The notes under the pieces were generated by a model, which did not search any database, was not told where the DNA came from, and saw nothing but the letters and a program-made list of their open reading frames with translations. A DNA stretch of 64,000 nt from an uncultured delta proteobacterium (GTDB lineage Bacteria; Desulfobacterota; Binatia; UBA9968), in the NCBI GenBank assembly GCA_963840855.1, contig CAWJBB010000061.1:1-64000 (forward strand). Reading direction: 5' to 3'. How positions within the stretch are numbered: the stretch's first letter is position 1; the number at the start of each line of letters is the position of its first letter. The position numbers and the translations under genes are program-made. Below, in pieces: positions 20,539 through 30,730 of the stretch.

Positions 20539-21549
20539 ATGGTCAACCTGCTTCGCTGTTGTTCTGCTGGTTTTATGCTACGCGCCCCTCTTGGCGCCGA
20601 CGATTTCTAAAAGGGTAAGACGGTTCGGATCATCGTCGGCGGCAGCGCCGGAGGTGGATTCGATACTTACAGCCGCGTTATGGCCCGCCACATGGGTAAA
20701 CATATTCCGGGCCATCCGGCCATCCTGGTTGAAAATATGACCGGCGCGGGAACCCTGATCGCAGCCAAATATCTTCATGGCAGTGCCAAGCCTGACGGGC
20801 TTTCGTTCGGCATTTTCAACGGTTCCTTGATCCTGGGACGGGCCCTGGGCATGAAAGGGATCGATTTCGACGTGCGAGAGTTGCAATATCTCGGCGTGCC
20901 GGTCCAAGACAGCCCGGTCTGTGCTCTTCGCAAGGAGAGCGGCATTACGAATATCGATCAGTGGTTGGCAACCAAGACACCGGTTAAGATAGGCGGCCTC
21001 AGCCCGGCAATAGCACCAGCGATGTCGCGCGCATTCTCGCCGCCTCGCTCGATCTACCGATCCAGCTCGTCGAAGGTTATAAAGGAACTAACGAGGTGCG
21101 TTTGGCCGTGGACGGAGGCGAACTGCATGGCGGTTGTTGGGCGTGGGAAACCTTGAAAACTGCCTGGGCTAGAGCATCCCGGCCGGAGAGGTCAATGTCG
21201 TGCTCCAAGTCAGCGCGAAGAAACAGCCGGATCTATCCAGCGTTCCGTTGCTCTTGATCTCGCCAAGACGGACGAAGCGCGCCAGCTCCTCAAAGCCGGC
21301 GCCATCGATCCAGCGGCCATCGTCCGTGTATATGTCACGACTCCGCGCGTACCGAAAGACCGTCTGCAGATTCTGCGCAATGCGTTCGCCAGAACTCTCG
21401 TCGACCCGGATTTCGTTGCTGAAGCTAAAAAGGGCAACCTTGATATCAACCCCTTAACGGGCGAAGAGGTAAAAAAACTCGTAGACGATCTATTCAAGCT
21501 CCCGCCGGCTACGAAGTCGAAACTGACGAGCGTCCTGGCGGCGAAATAG
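20539..21549 (+). CDS. Bug/TctC substrate-binding protein, disrupted (in-frame TAA and frameshifts)
   Basis: RBS GGAGG-ATG 20539; DDF*KGKTVRIIVGGSAGGGFD, ENMTGAGT, KPDGLS, EGYKG, PRVPKDR; ends LAAK*. Confidence 0.8.
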
Positions 21550-21579
21550 TAATTTAGTACTTGGTCGAGGAGATCGCGT

Positions 21580-22600
21580 ATGCCCGGCAAAATTCCAGTA
21601 ATGGCAGTTTTCCTAACGGCTGCGCTCACCAGCCCGCTCTGCGCGCAAGACTTCTATAAGGGCAAGACGATTCGCGTGATCGTCGGCGGCAGCGCCGGCG
21701 GCGGCTTCGACGTCTACAGCCGCGTTATGACCCGCTATATGGGAAAGCATATTCCGGGCAACCCGACCATGGTGGTCGAAAACATGACCGGCGCGGGGAC
21801 GCGCATCGCGGCCAAGTACATGCACAGCGCGGCCAAACCGGATGGGCTGACGTTCGGAATTTTCAACGGCTACTTGATCCTTGATCAAGTGCTAAACCCC
21901 AAAGGATTTGATTTCGACATGCGGAAATTGGAATGGCTCGGCGTGCCGATTCAAGACAACGTCGCTGTGCGTAATGCGCAAGGAGGGCGGCATCACGAAC
22001 GTCGATCAATGGCGCGCGGCTAAGACACCGGTTAAGATAGGCGGCCTGAGACCGGGCAATAGCACCAGCGATGTTCCCCGGATTCTTAGAGCAACATTGG
22101 ATCTTCCGATACAGGTCGTCGACGGCTACAAGGGTACCGCTGAAGTACGCTTGGCCGCGGACGCGGGGGAGGTGCACGGTGGTTGCTGGGCGTGGGAATC
22201 CGTAAAAGTGACCTGGGCAAAAGGAGTTCAATCGGGGGAAGTCAACCCCGTCTTGCAGACGACCGCGAAAAAAATCCCTGACCTTCCCAACGTACCGCTC
22301 GCCCTCGACCTGGCAAAGACGGACGAGGCGCGTCAGCTACTGAGAGCCGGCGCCATCGACCCCGCAGCCATTGTCCGTGTGTATGTAACCACACCGCGCA
22401 TTCCGAAAGACCGGCTACAGACTCTTCGCCGGGCCTTCACGAATACGTTAACGGACCCGGACTTCGTGGCGGAGATGAAGAAATCAAATTTAGACATCAA
22501 TCCGTTAACCGGTGAGGAGGTTGAGAAAATCGTTCATAGCTTGTTCAAGCTCAACCCTGCGCTTTTATCGAAACTGGCTAAAATTCTGGCGACGAAATGA
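21580..22600 (+). CDS. Bug/TctC substrate-binding protein, tandem paralog, one frameshift near 21965
   Basis: QDFYKGKTIRVIVGGSAGGGFD, ENMTGAGT, DGYKGTAEVRLA, PRIPKDR; shares DNA stretches with the upstream copy. Confidence 0.88.
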
Positions 22601-22620
22601 AAGGAACAGGAAAAATAGAT

Positions 22621-22647
22621 GTAAGGGCGGGTTTAAACCGCTCCTAC
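22621..22647. repeat. REP-like palindrome
   Basis: gtaagggcgggtttaaaccgctcctac hairpin with GTA(G)...CTAC ends. Confidence 0.55.
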
Positions 22648-22661
22648 GGAGCGTATTTAGA

Positions 22662-23675
22662 ATGACCCAACGCTCGACTCTAACGATCTTGTCGGCGACT
22701 CTCGCAGTGAGTTTGGCATTTTTCGCGGGACCTTCGCTAGACGCCGCTGAACCTAAACCGGAAAAGAATTCACTCGAAGTCGCCGTCGCCGCCTGGGGCC
22801 CCCTTTATATGCCGTTGCTCGTCGCCCATGAGTCGGGTTATTTTTCAAGGCGCGGCGTTACTTTGAATATTACCCAGCTGAGCGCCACCGCTTCGGCGCA
22901 GGCGTTGATCTCGGGTCAAATCGACATCTACCAGGGCGGCGCCTCCACCATCCACGCCAACGTCGGCGGCAGCGATCTGATTTATATCGGCGCGTCGGTG
23001 GACCGCAGCACCCTGGTTTTGTTTGGCCAGAAAGGGCTGGCGACCTTCGAGGCGCTCAAAGGCAAAGCGGTGGCCACGACCTCGGTGGGAGCCTTTGGCG
23101 AAATCGCCATGCGCAAGACCGCCAAGGAGCGAGGGCTGGAGATCGGCAAAGACATCAAGCTCCTCTATCACAAGGGCCCGCCGGACGCCTTGACAACCTT
23201 CATGTCCGGCAACGCCGATGGCCTGATCGTCACGCCGCCGCAGAGCGAAATGGCGCGCACCAAAGGCTACCCGGTCATCATCGACTATTTTGAACAGGGA
23301 TTTAGAATCGTCGGGCCCGGCACCGGCGTCGCCCGCGCCTTCATGCAAAAATATCCGAATACGCTCAAAATCTTTCTGATGGGCTATCTCGACGGCATAA
23401 AAAGATCCATCGACGATCCCGGATATGCCAAGAAAATCGAAGCCCACTACTCAAAGATATCCGACGCGAAACTCCTCGACGAAAGTTACCAGGAGGGACT
23501 CAAGGTCTGGAACAAAGACATGACCGTCGATGCCGGTGCGGTCCGCGTGGTTCTCGAACATTCAAGCAACCCGAAAGCCAGAGACTTGGACCCGAAACGG
23601 TTTTTCGATAATACGTTGATTCGCGAAGTCAATCGGGACTATGCTTCAAAGCTATTTCCGGGCGAGGTGAAGTGA
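22662..23675 (+). CDS. ABC transporter substrate-binding protein, NMT1/SsuA-like
   Basis: Signal peptide, VAHESGYF, QALISGQID, LKGKAVA, C-terminal NPKARDLDPKRFFDNTLIREV. Confidence 0.88.
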   Translation: MTQRSTLTILSATLAVSLAFFAGPSLDAAEPKPEKNSLEVAVAAWGPLYMPLLVAHESGYFSRRGVTLNITQLSATASAQALISGQIDIYQGGASTIHANVGGSDLIYIGASVDRSTLVLFGQKGLATFEALKGKAVATTSVGAFGEIAMRKTAKERGLEIGKDIKLLYHKGPPDALTTFMSGNADGLIVTPPQSEMARTKGYPVIIDYFEQGFRIVGPGTGVARAFMQKYPNTLKIFLMGYLDGIKRSIDDPGYAKKIEAHYSKISDAKLLDESYQEGLKVWNKDMTVDAGAVRVVLEHSSNPKARDLDPKRFFDNTLIREVNRDYASKLFPGEVK

Positions 23676-23725
23676 AGGCGGTCCAAATCGAACGAAGCTA
23701 TCTTCAAGAAGACGAGGAATAACCC

Positions 23726-24880
23726 ATGCGCATTATCGATGCTGACGGCCACGTACAGGAGAAACAAATCCCCTGGGCAGATTTGATTGACGCGCCCTAT
23801 CGCGCTCGCGCGCCAAAAGAAGTGAAAGACAACCGGGGGTTTAGTTTTGTCATGATCGACGGCAGATTGACTCCCAAGCCCGTGGGCAAAGCGTGCAGCT
23901 TTATCGGCGCGCCGCGAAACCGCAACCCGCAGTCGACGACGGGTATGACCGACCCGGTCCAGCGTCTCAAGGACATGGATCTCGAAGGCATCGATACGGC
24001 GGTGCTCTTCGGCACTTCGCCGTTCTTGAGCCTGCCGTTCGTCGAAGACAAAGATTTGGCCTCGGCCGTGGCGCGCGTGTACAACAACTGGCTCGCCGGT
24101 TACTGTAAGGCCGACCCGCACCGGCTCAAGGGCGTCGCCCTCACTGCAATCCAGGATCCGGCGCAGGCGGTTAAAGAATTGCGCCGCGCCGTGGAAGAGC
24201 TTAAATTCGTCGCCGTCGCGACGCCGCCGATCTCGGCATCGGGAAAAAACCTCGATCATCCCGATCTGTTTCCGTTCTTCGCCGAAGCCGAGCGCCTCAA
24301 CGTGCCCGTTTGTATTCACGTCGGCGCGGGCGACGGCGTGCCCGCGGCGACGGAGCGTTTCGATCATCCTTTCTTCACCCACGCGATGGCTCACCCATTC
24401 GAGCAAATGATCGCGACGCTTTGCGTGGTCGTCGGCGGCCTATTGGAACGCTTTCCGCGGCTGAAGTTCGCCTTCATGGAAGCCGGCTGCGGCTGGGTGC
24501 CTTACTGGATGGAGCGGCTCGACGAGCACTATGAGTTCTTGCAGCCGACGGTACCATGGCTCACCAAACCACCCAGTGAATATATGAAGAGCGGGCAGAT
24601 GTTTTACGCCTTCGAGATGGATGAAAAGATGCTGCCCTACGTAGCGGAATTCGTCGGCGCCGAACGCTTGGTTTTCGCCACCGACTACAATCACAGCGAC
24701 TCTAAGTTCCCTCACACCGTCGAGGAAGTGATGGAACGAAAGGATGTATCGGAAGCGCTGAAAACCAAGATCATGGGCGAAAACGCCGCGCGACTTTACA
24801 ACTCTAGGAAGAGGTTGTCTGTTCAAGGTTCAATGTTTAAAGTTCAACGTCCCCTCCCCACCTTGAACATTGAACCTTGA
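23726..24880 (+). CDS. Amidohydrolase family 2 protein (true stop probably near 24807)
   Basis: IIDADGH, RVYNNWL, PVCIH, ERFPRLKFAFMEAGCGW, FATDYNHSD, GENAARLY; the tail runs through a repeat, and one extra C would give LYNL*. Confidence 0.9.
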   Translation: MRIIDADGHVQEKQIPWADLIDAPYRARAPKEVKDNRGFSFVMIDGRLTPKPVGKACSFIGAPRNRNPQSTTGMTDPVQRLKDMDLEGIDTAVLFGTSPFLSLPFVEDKDLASAVARVYNNWLAGYCKADPHRLKGVALTAIQDPAQAVKELRRAVEELKFVAVATPPISASGKNLDHPDLFPFFAEAERLNVPVCIHVGAGDGVPAATERFDHPFFTHAMAHPFEQMIATLCVVVGGLLERFPRLKFAFMEAGCGWVPYWMERLDEHYEFLQPTVPWLTKPPSEYMKSGQMFYAFEMDEKMLPYVAEFVGAERLVFATDYNHSDSKFPHTVEEVMERKDVSEALKTKIMGENAARLYNSRKRLSVQGSMFKVQRPLPTLNIEP

Positions 24881-24896
24881 ACTTTGAACATTTAAC
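24821..24896. repeat. Inverted heptamer array (GTTCAAn / nTTGAAC) between convergent genes
   Basis: gttcaag gttcaat gtttaaa gttcaac, spacer, cttgaac attgaac cttgaac tttgaac. Confidence 0.85.
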
Positions 24897-24906
24897 CCGA
24901 GACGGG

Positions 24907-25878
24907 TTAAACATAGTGCTGGATTCTCTGCAAGCTCGGCGGGAAAAATAAATCTTCCACGTTTGGCTTCTTCTTGATCATGCCCTGTTCATGCTCATAG
25001 CGGATCGCGGCTTCGAGGGCGCCGCGATTGTCGTCGAGATTGTAGGGCCACGGATCGGCGCCGAATATTTCCCGTTGCTCTTTCATCAGATCCTGGACCC
25101 AAACCAGCGCGAAACTGCGCGGGTCGCTGTTTCTCTCGTAACAAATTTCTTTGGCCTTTTGGAAAGCCCGGACCAAACTGATGCCAACCCACGGATGGCC
25201 GTCCAAGATTCGATTCTTGACCACCACCGTGTGCATGATGGGGAAGAAGCCGCCGTTCTTGAGATACTCGATTTCGGCTTTTTTCGGCTCGGGAAACAAA
25301 AGCGCCACTTTCGGATTGCCACTGCGAATTGACGGCAAAGTTTCCGGATACAGAGCCGCTTCCAATTCGCCGTCTAAAAGCATCTGGTCGACGTTCTTGC
25401 CCTGCTGCACCCGCCTGACGTTCATCCAAGGAGCCGGCTCGAAAGCAATATCTTCTTCTTCCTGGCACCACCACTCGATGGTCTTGAGATCGACGCCGTA
25501 GTGGTCCTGGAGTATGCCGCGCATCCACAGGCCGGCGGAGTTTTGCAATGTGTCCAGCGCCACGCGCTTACCGTTCAAATCAGACGGCTTATCGATGCCG
25601 CAGCCGGTGCGCTTGACCATATAGGAATGGCGAAAGCGCCGGTGCGGGAAAACCGGGATCGCGTTGTAGTTGCACCCCTTGTCGCGCGCCACGAGATAAC
25701 CTACCAACGACAACTCACAAACATCGAATTCCTCGTGGCGCAGCATGCGCCCGTGCCGTTCCGGCGATGGCATCGTCAAAACGTTCAACTCGATCCCCTG
25801 CGGCTGAACCTCTCCGTTGATCAACGGCCGGAGAAAATCATAGTCGCCGCAGGCCAGGGTCAATTTCAACTTCGCCAT
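24907..25878 (-). CDS. 4,5-dihydroxyphthalate decarboxylase-like protein (periplasmic-binding fold, no signal peptide)
   Basis: MAKLKLTLACGDYD, FDVCELSL..Y, AIPVFPHRRFRHS, WMRGILQDHYGV, FPIMHTVVV, DPWPY. Confidence 0.82.
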   Translation of the reverse strand: MAKLKLTLACGDYDFLRPLINGEVQPQGIELNVLTMPSPERHGRMLRHEEFDVCELSLVGYLVARDKGCNYNAIPVFPHRRFRHSYMVKRTGCGIDKPSDLNGKRVALDTLQNSAGLWMRGILQDHYGVDLKTIEWWCQEEEDIAFEPAPWMNVRRVQQGKNVDQMLLDGELEAALYPETLPSIRSGNPKVALLFPEPKKAEIEYLKNGGFFPIMHTVVVKNRILDGHPWVGISLVRAFQKAKEICYERNSDPRSFALVWVQDLMKEQREIFGADPWPYNLDDNRGALEAAIRYEHEQGMIKKKPNVEDLFFPPSLQRIQHYV

Positions 25879-26470
25879 CTAGTATCCTTTGACATGTTGC
25901 CGGTAAAGCTCCGGTGTGTCGATATCGAGTGTAATTCCCTCATCTTCGGTTTCGATTTCCAAGGTTTCATCGCGATGCGCATTGACCACCGCCTTCGCTC
26001 CTTGGTCCTCGGGCGCGTTGAGCAGTTCGTCGAACAACGAGCGCGCGAAGATGACCGGATGGCCGCGCTTACCGTGAAAGCGCGGTACGGCGATCAGTTT
26101 TCCGCTGTCTTCAAAACGCTCAATCAACAAATTGACCAGCGCCGCGTCAATGTATGGATGATCGACTAAATGCACCAGCAAACCGCTGCATCTATCATTC
26201 GGCCAGAAGATGGCGGATGGCCACCCGCAGCGAGGACAACTGTCCCTTGCTATAATCGGGATTGACCAGAATGGTCACCGGCAGGTGCGCGATCTTTTGC
26301 CGCATCGCCTCGGCGTCGTGGCCGAGGACAACGATGATATTTTCGAGACCGGCTTGCCTGAGCGCGCCGACGATTTTCTCGATAAAGGTTTGGCCGCCGA
26401 TGGGGAGCAGCGCCTTGGGCTGACCCATGCGGCTCGACTCACCCGCGGATAGAATTACGGCGGCGATCAT
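25879..26470 (-). CDS. MocA/MobA-like nucleotidyltransferase, frameshifted near 26195
   Basis: ILSAGESSRMGQPKALL, NPDYSKGQLSSL, LVDHP, GKRGHPVIF, DIDTPE; removing one base joins the two ORFs. Confidence 0.85.
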
Positions 26471-27459
26471 CTGTACACCTTGTCGATAAACCCGCTTTTT
26501 TCAAGCTCCCGCACAATACTGTCGTCCACCATGTCTTCGACCCTGAGAGTCGCCCCTGGTTTTCGGCCGAGCGCCTCTTTGATTTGAACCTCCGTGCCCT
26601 CCCGCGTCACCAGGGGCACCCGCTCGTGCAGTTTTACGTTCGCCATGTAGGAAGCCTCTAGATATTGCGGATTGTTCTGGCGGGTGTATTTGGCTATGTA
26701 TTTCTTCGTTTCTTCCTTGCGGGTCTTGAGAAAATGCGTGGCTTCAATGAGCGCCATCGTAAGTTTTTTCATGGTTTCCCGGTTGCTCGCCAGATAGCTT
26801 TTTGCAGTGGTAGAGCAAATATACGGAAAATCGAAACGTTTTTGAAAATCCGCCGTGCTGATCAGAATCCGATGGGGCATGCCTTTGGCGAGGTGAATCG
26901 TTCCGGGCGGTGATGGAAAGCCGACGATTTTGCCCGTCCTAAACGCCGCCGCCCGCTCCGACGGGCCGCCCACCTGCATGATCGGCACGTCCTTCACCGG
27001 CTCCAAACCCAACCCTTTGATCAGTACCCTTGCCGCCACGTCTGAAGCACTCCCCACGCGGCTGATGCCGACATTCTTGCCTCTTAAGTCTTCCACAGAT
27101 TTGACCGATTCCTGAACCACCAGTTCGTAAGGCAATGTATTGATGTAGCAGGCGGTCATCACCAAATTGGCCCCAGCCACGACTGCGCTGGCCACCGCGC
27201 CACCGGAGCTGTTCGCAATCTGAATATCGCCCGAGACCAACGTGGAGACGCTCATGGTCGAGCTTTGGATGAAGATGAGTTCGACGTCCAAACCGTACTT
27301 CCGATACATGCCGCCATCCAAGGCGGTGAACCATACGACGTTGGACGCGTCGGCCGAGCTGTAGGCGATCTTGACGCGCTCCTGAGCCGCGCCGGGAGCG
27401 TAACTGCCGATAGACGACAATACCAAAAGCGACAAGCCAACGCTGATTCGGTTTACCAT
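26467..27459 (-). CDS. ABC transporter substrate-binding protein, NMT1/SsuA-like
   Basis: Signal peptide after RBS GGAGG, KYGLDVEL, DLRGKNVGISRVGSASD, tail VDDSIVRELEKSGFIDKVY. Confidence 0.9.
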   Translation of the reverse strand: MVNRISVGLSLLVLSSIGSYAPGAAQERVKIAYSSADASNVVWFTALDGGMYRKYGLDVELIFIQSSTMSVSTLVSGDIQIANSSGGAVASAVVAGANLVMTACYINTLPYELVVQESVKSVEDLRGKNVGISRVGSASDVAARVLIKGLGLEPVKDVPIMQVGGPSERAAAFRTGKIVGFPSPPGTIHLAKGMPHRILISTADFQKRFDFPYICSTTAKSYLASNRETMKKLTMALIEATHFLKTRKEETKKYIAKYTRQNNPQYLEASYMANVKLHERVPLVTREGTEVQIKEALGRKPGATLRVEDMVDDSIVRELEKSGFIDKVYR

Positions 27460-27597
27460 GCCTACCAATCCTCCTGCTTCGAATCGCTCACACGGCGAGC
27501 GGGTGCAACTGTAGTCTTGATTTAACTCAACAGCGATCAATGAATCAACAAGGCGAGAAAACCGGTTCGGAGTGCCGGAACGGCGCGCTATTCGTGG

Positions 27598-28701
27598 TCA
27601 CTGTTCCGCGGGCAGAGCCATGCATTCGCCCGCCGGTAACTCTACCCAAACCGCGTCGCCGCGGCGCACTTGCAGCGTGTAGCGCTGGTGGGTCTGCAGA
27701 ATGTTTTTGCCGAGCTCGATGGTGCAGTCGACGTATTCACCCAAAAACATGGCGGCGCCGATTTTACCCGCGATAACGTTCGAACCGTTGGTTGGCTGCT
27801 GCTGGTGCAGGTTAATGCTCTCGGGTCGCACCACGACAACCACCTTGCTGCCGGCAGTCAAGCCATCGAGGATGCCGCAGGAGATCTCGCCGTCGTCGGT
27901 GCGAACCGTCGCGGTGCCGTTTCCTTCCAGCTTGGTCACCTGGCCGGTCATCTGATTGGTCGAACCGATAAAGTTGGCAACAAATTTCGTTTTCGGTTGC
28001 AAATAGATATCCCGCGGGGCGCCCTCCTGAACGATCACGCCGGAGTTCATAACGGCGATAACGTTGGACATCGACAGCGCTTCGATCTGATCGTGGGTGA
28101 CGTAGAGAGTCGTGATGCGCAGGCGGCGCTGTAGCTCGCGCAGCTCGAAGCGCATCCGCTCGCGCAGTTTGGCATCGAGATTACTGAGCGGTTCGTCCAA
28201 GAGCAGCACCTGCGGTTCGCGAACCAAGGCGCGGGCCAATGCAAGCCGCTGCTGCTGTCCACCGGACAGCTGCGTGGCCATGCGATCTTCGTAGCCGTTC
28301 AATTCCACCTGGGCCAACGCCCCGATGACTTTCTTTTTTACGTCGGCGTTGCTGATGCGTTCTTTGCCCACACGCAGCGGAAACGCCACGTTTTCGAACA
28401 CCGTCATATGCGGCCAGATGGCGTAGCTCTGAAAGACCATACCGATGGGGCGACGGTAGGCGGGCACAAAGGTTCCATCTGCCGCGGAAAAGACCTTCTT
28501 GCCGGCGACCAGAATCTCACCGGCGTTGGCCTTTTCCAAACCAGCGATGCAGCGCAAAGTGGTCGTCTTGCCGCAACCTGAGGGGCCCAACAGAGTGTAA
28601 AAACGACCCTCTTCAACGTTAAAAGAAATATCGTTGACGGCTTTAACGCCGGCGTTATCGCCGTCTTCGTAAATTTTTACTAGCGACTTAATTTCAATCA
28701 C
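27598..28701 (-). CDS. ABC transporter ATP-binding subunit (FbpC/PotA-like, TOBE domain)
   Basis: Walker A GPSGCGKT, LSGGQQQ signature, LLLDEPLSNLD, YVTHDQ; GTG start at 28701. Confidence 0.95.
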   Translation of the reverse strand: MIEIKSLVKIYEDGDNAGVKAVNDISFNVEEGRFYTLLGPSGCGKTTTLRCIAGLEKANAGEILVAGKKVFSAADGTFVPAYRRPIGMVFQSYAIWPHMTVFENVAFPLRVGKERISNADVKKKVIGALAQVELNGYEDRMATQLSGGQQQRLALARALVREPQVLLLDEPLSNLDAKLRERMRFELRELQRRLRITTLYVTHDQIEALSMSNVIAVMNSGVIVQEGAPRDIYLQPKTKFVANFIGSTNQMTGQVTKLEGNGTATVRTDDGEISCGILDGLTAGSKVVVVVRPESINLHQQQPTNGSNVIAGKIGAAMFLGEYVDCTIELGKNILQTHQRYTLQVRRGDAVWVELPAGECMALPAEQ

Positions 28702-28720
28702 AGGGTGCCTTACCAATCTA

Positions 28721-30445
28721 TCAAGTCTGTATGCCGATCTTGCCGGTAAGCTTATAGAATACCGCCACGATCGAAAGCAAGGTAGCAATCATCAACACAC
28801 CGATGGCCGCGACCACGGTCACCTGCCCCTGCTCGAACATGGTGAAGAGCAGAATCGAGAGCACACGACTTTCGCCTGTGGCCAGCAAGACCGAAGTGGA
28901 AAATTCCCGAAACGACACGATGCAGATGTAAATCCATCCCGCCGCCAAGCCCGGCCGCAAGAGCGGCAACGTAACCCGTTTGAACGACTCCCACCACGAA
29001 GCGCCGGAGGCCGCTGCGGCCTCCTCCAATTCGCTGTGAATTTGTAAAATCGACCCCGACGCCGCGCGCATGCCGTACGGAATAAAGCGGGTGACATAGG
29101 CGATCAGCAAAACCCAGATCGTGCCGTAAATCGGAATAGGAAAGGCGACATAGAGCAGGATCAACGCCATGCCCATAACGATGCCAGGGATCGTAATCGG
29201 CACGAAGGCGAGAAAATCCAGAATCCACGAACCCGGCAACCGGCTTTTGTAAACGATCCACGCTACCAGTGAGGTCAGCACCATCGCCACCGTCGCCGTC
29301 AACGTCGAGAGGATGATGCTATTCTGCATCGCATCCCAAAAGGGGCGAAAGCCTGACAGATAGCGATAGTTGTCGAGACTGAGCTTGCTCACGGCATCCC
29401 AACTCGGCGCCGCGAAGAACGGCAGAAATGACGCCCAAAACAACACCAAAAACGGCAGCAGCACGACGAATAAGAAGTAACCCGACAGGAACCCGAAGCC
29501 GGCCCAACGCCAGGCGCCGAGATCGAACTGCCGAGGTCGAAACGCCTTGCCGGTGACGGTTTGAAACTTCTTGCCTTCTTTGGTCGCGCGCGTGTACAAC
29601 CACACGCCAACGGCGCTCAAGAGCAGCAAACCTACCGCCAATGCGCCGCCACGCCCGTAGTCGGGCGGGTACTCGTTGAAGGCCAAGAAAATCTCGCTGG
29701 TATAAACATAGATACGGGCCGGAATGCCGATCAGTGCCGGGGTCTCAAAAGATTCCAAGGTGCGGACGAACAGGATGAGCATCACCGAAGCCGCCGTCGG
29801 CATCAACAAGCGCAAAGTTACCCGTTTAAACGTCTGCCAGGTGTTGGCACCGGACATCATCGCCGATTCTTCCAAGGAGGGGTCCATCGATTTGAAAGCC
29901 GCCACCATCAAGAGAAACGCCAAAGGAACCTGCCCCACCGAATGGACCCAAATCATGCCCGGCAAGGAAAAGACGTTGAACGGCGGCGACTGGAGGCCGA
30001 ACAAATTGATCAGCCAAACATTGAGGTAACCGAACTTCGGACTCAAAAGAAAAATCCACGCGATCGACTCCAAAACGCCGGGAAGAATCAACGGCACGAC
30101 GGCGAGGGGCACGAAGATACCGCGTAGCGGGGTGTTGGTCCGTTCGGTAAGCCATGCGAGCATGGTGCCGAGAATGAAACTGAGCCCGGCGGAGCCCGAG
30201 GCAAAGATCAATGAGTTGAGAAAAGTCGAGTAGGTGTATTCGCTAGCGTAGGCGGCATGGTAGTTCTTAAGCGTGTAGACGAACTCCCTCGGCGCCACTT
30301 CCGCCTGAAAGCTGCCGACAAACAACATCAGCAGCGGCAGAACCGCTAGATAAACCAGGATGCCGGCGCCGACCACGGGGATCAGCAGCGCCGGATCCAA
30401 AGACATGCTCACTTTCCCGGTACGGGGAATTGCCGCGGTCGGCAT
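28721..30445 (-). CDS. ABC transporter permease (FbpB-like, two BPD domains)
   Basis: Two EAA loops (DPSLEESAMMSGA, HSELEEAAAASGA), WLTERTNTP, VTGKAFRP. Confidence 0.93.
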   Translation of the reverse strand: MPTAAIPRTGKVSMSLDPALLIPVVGAGILVYLAVLPLLMLFVGSFQAEVAPREFVYTLKNYHAAYASEYTYSTFLNSLIFASGSAGLSFILGTMLAWLTERTNTPLRGIFVPLAVVPLILPGVLESIAWIFLLSPKFGYLNVWLINLFGLQSPPFNVFSLPGMIWVHSVGQVPLAFLLMVAAFKSMDPSLEESAMMSGANTWQTFKRVTLRLLMPTAASVMLILFVRTLESFETPALIGIPARIYVYTSEIFLAFNEYPPDYGRGGALAVGLLLLSAVGVWLYTRATKEGKKFQTVTGKAFRPRQFDLGAWRWAGFGFLSGYFLFVVLLPFLVLFWASFLPFFAAPSWDAVSKLSLDNYRYLSGFRPFWDAMQNSIILSTLTATVAMVLTSLVAWIVYKSRLPGSWILDFLAFVPITIPGIVMGMALILLYVAFPIPIYGTIWVLLIAYVTRFIPYGMRAASGSILQIHSELEEAAAASGASWWESFKRVTLPLLRPGLAAGWIYICIVSFREFSTSVLLATGESRVLSILLFTMFEQGQVTVVAAIGVLMIATLLSIVAVFYKLTGKIGIQT

Positions 30446-30730
30446 AAATCAGCCTCGAAAGGTAGACAGATTGACTGCTTCTTGGGGTTGAAAAAACTCA
30501 TCAACAAACATCAACTTATGGCGAATAATCGATTTCTTTTGCGAGAGCCGGGTTAACTAATACCTATTAATCGTCACGAGTCAATATTGGTCGTTTTTAT
30601 TGCTTCGAGCTTTCCATTGTCGCGTGAACGATTCGCTCCATCAGACGTGCGGAACAAGACCAACTGTGATTCCGAGCGGAGCGCGGAATCTTGCCCCGAA
30701 CCCGCAGGGTTCCGAACTCAAAGCGAGCCA

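Noticed and set aside
20214-20546. Small gene upstream of the Bug pair (plus-strand RBS and MRTRFWLLAISV start, or the 103-aa minus ORF)
   Set aside because: The plus frame stops early and neither reading resembles a family I recognise; the region is error-prone, so no call is supported
24808-24880. C-terminal extension of the amidohydrolase
   Set aside because: It is translated heptamer repeat, probably caused by one missing base before TAG
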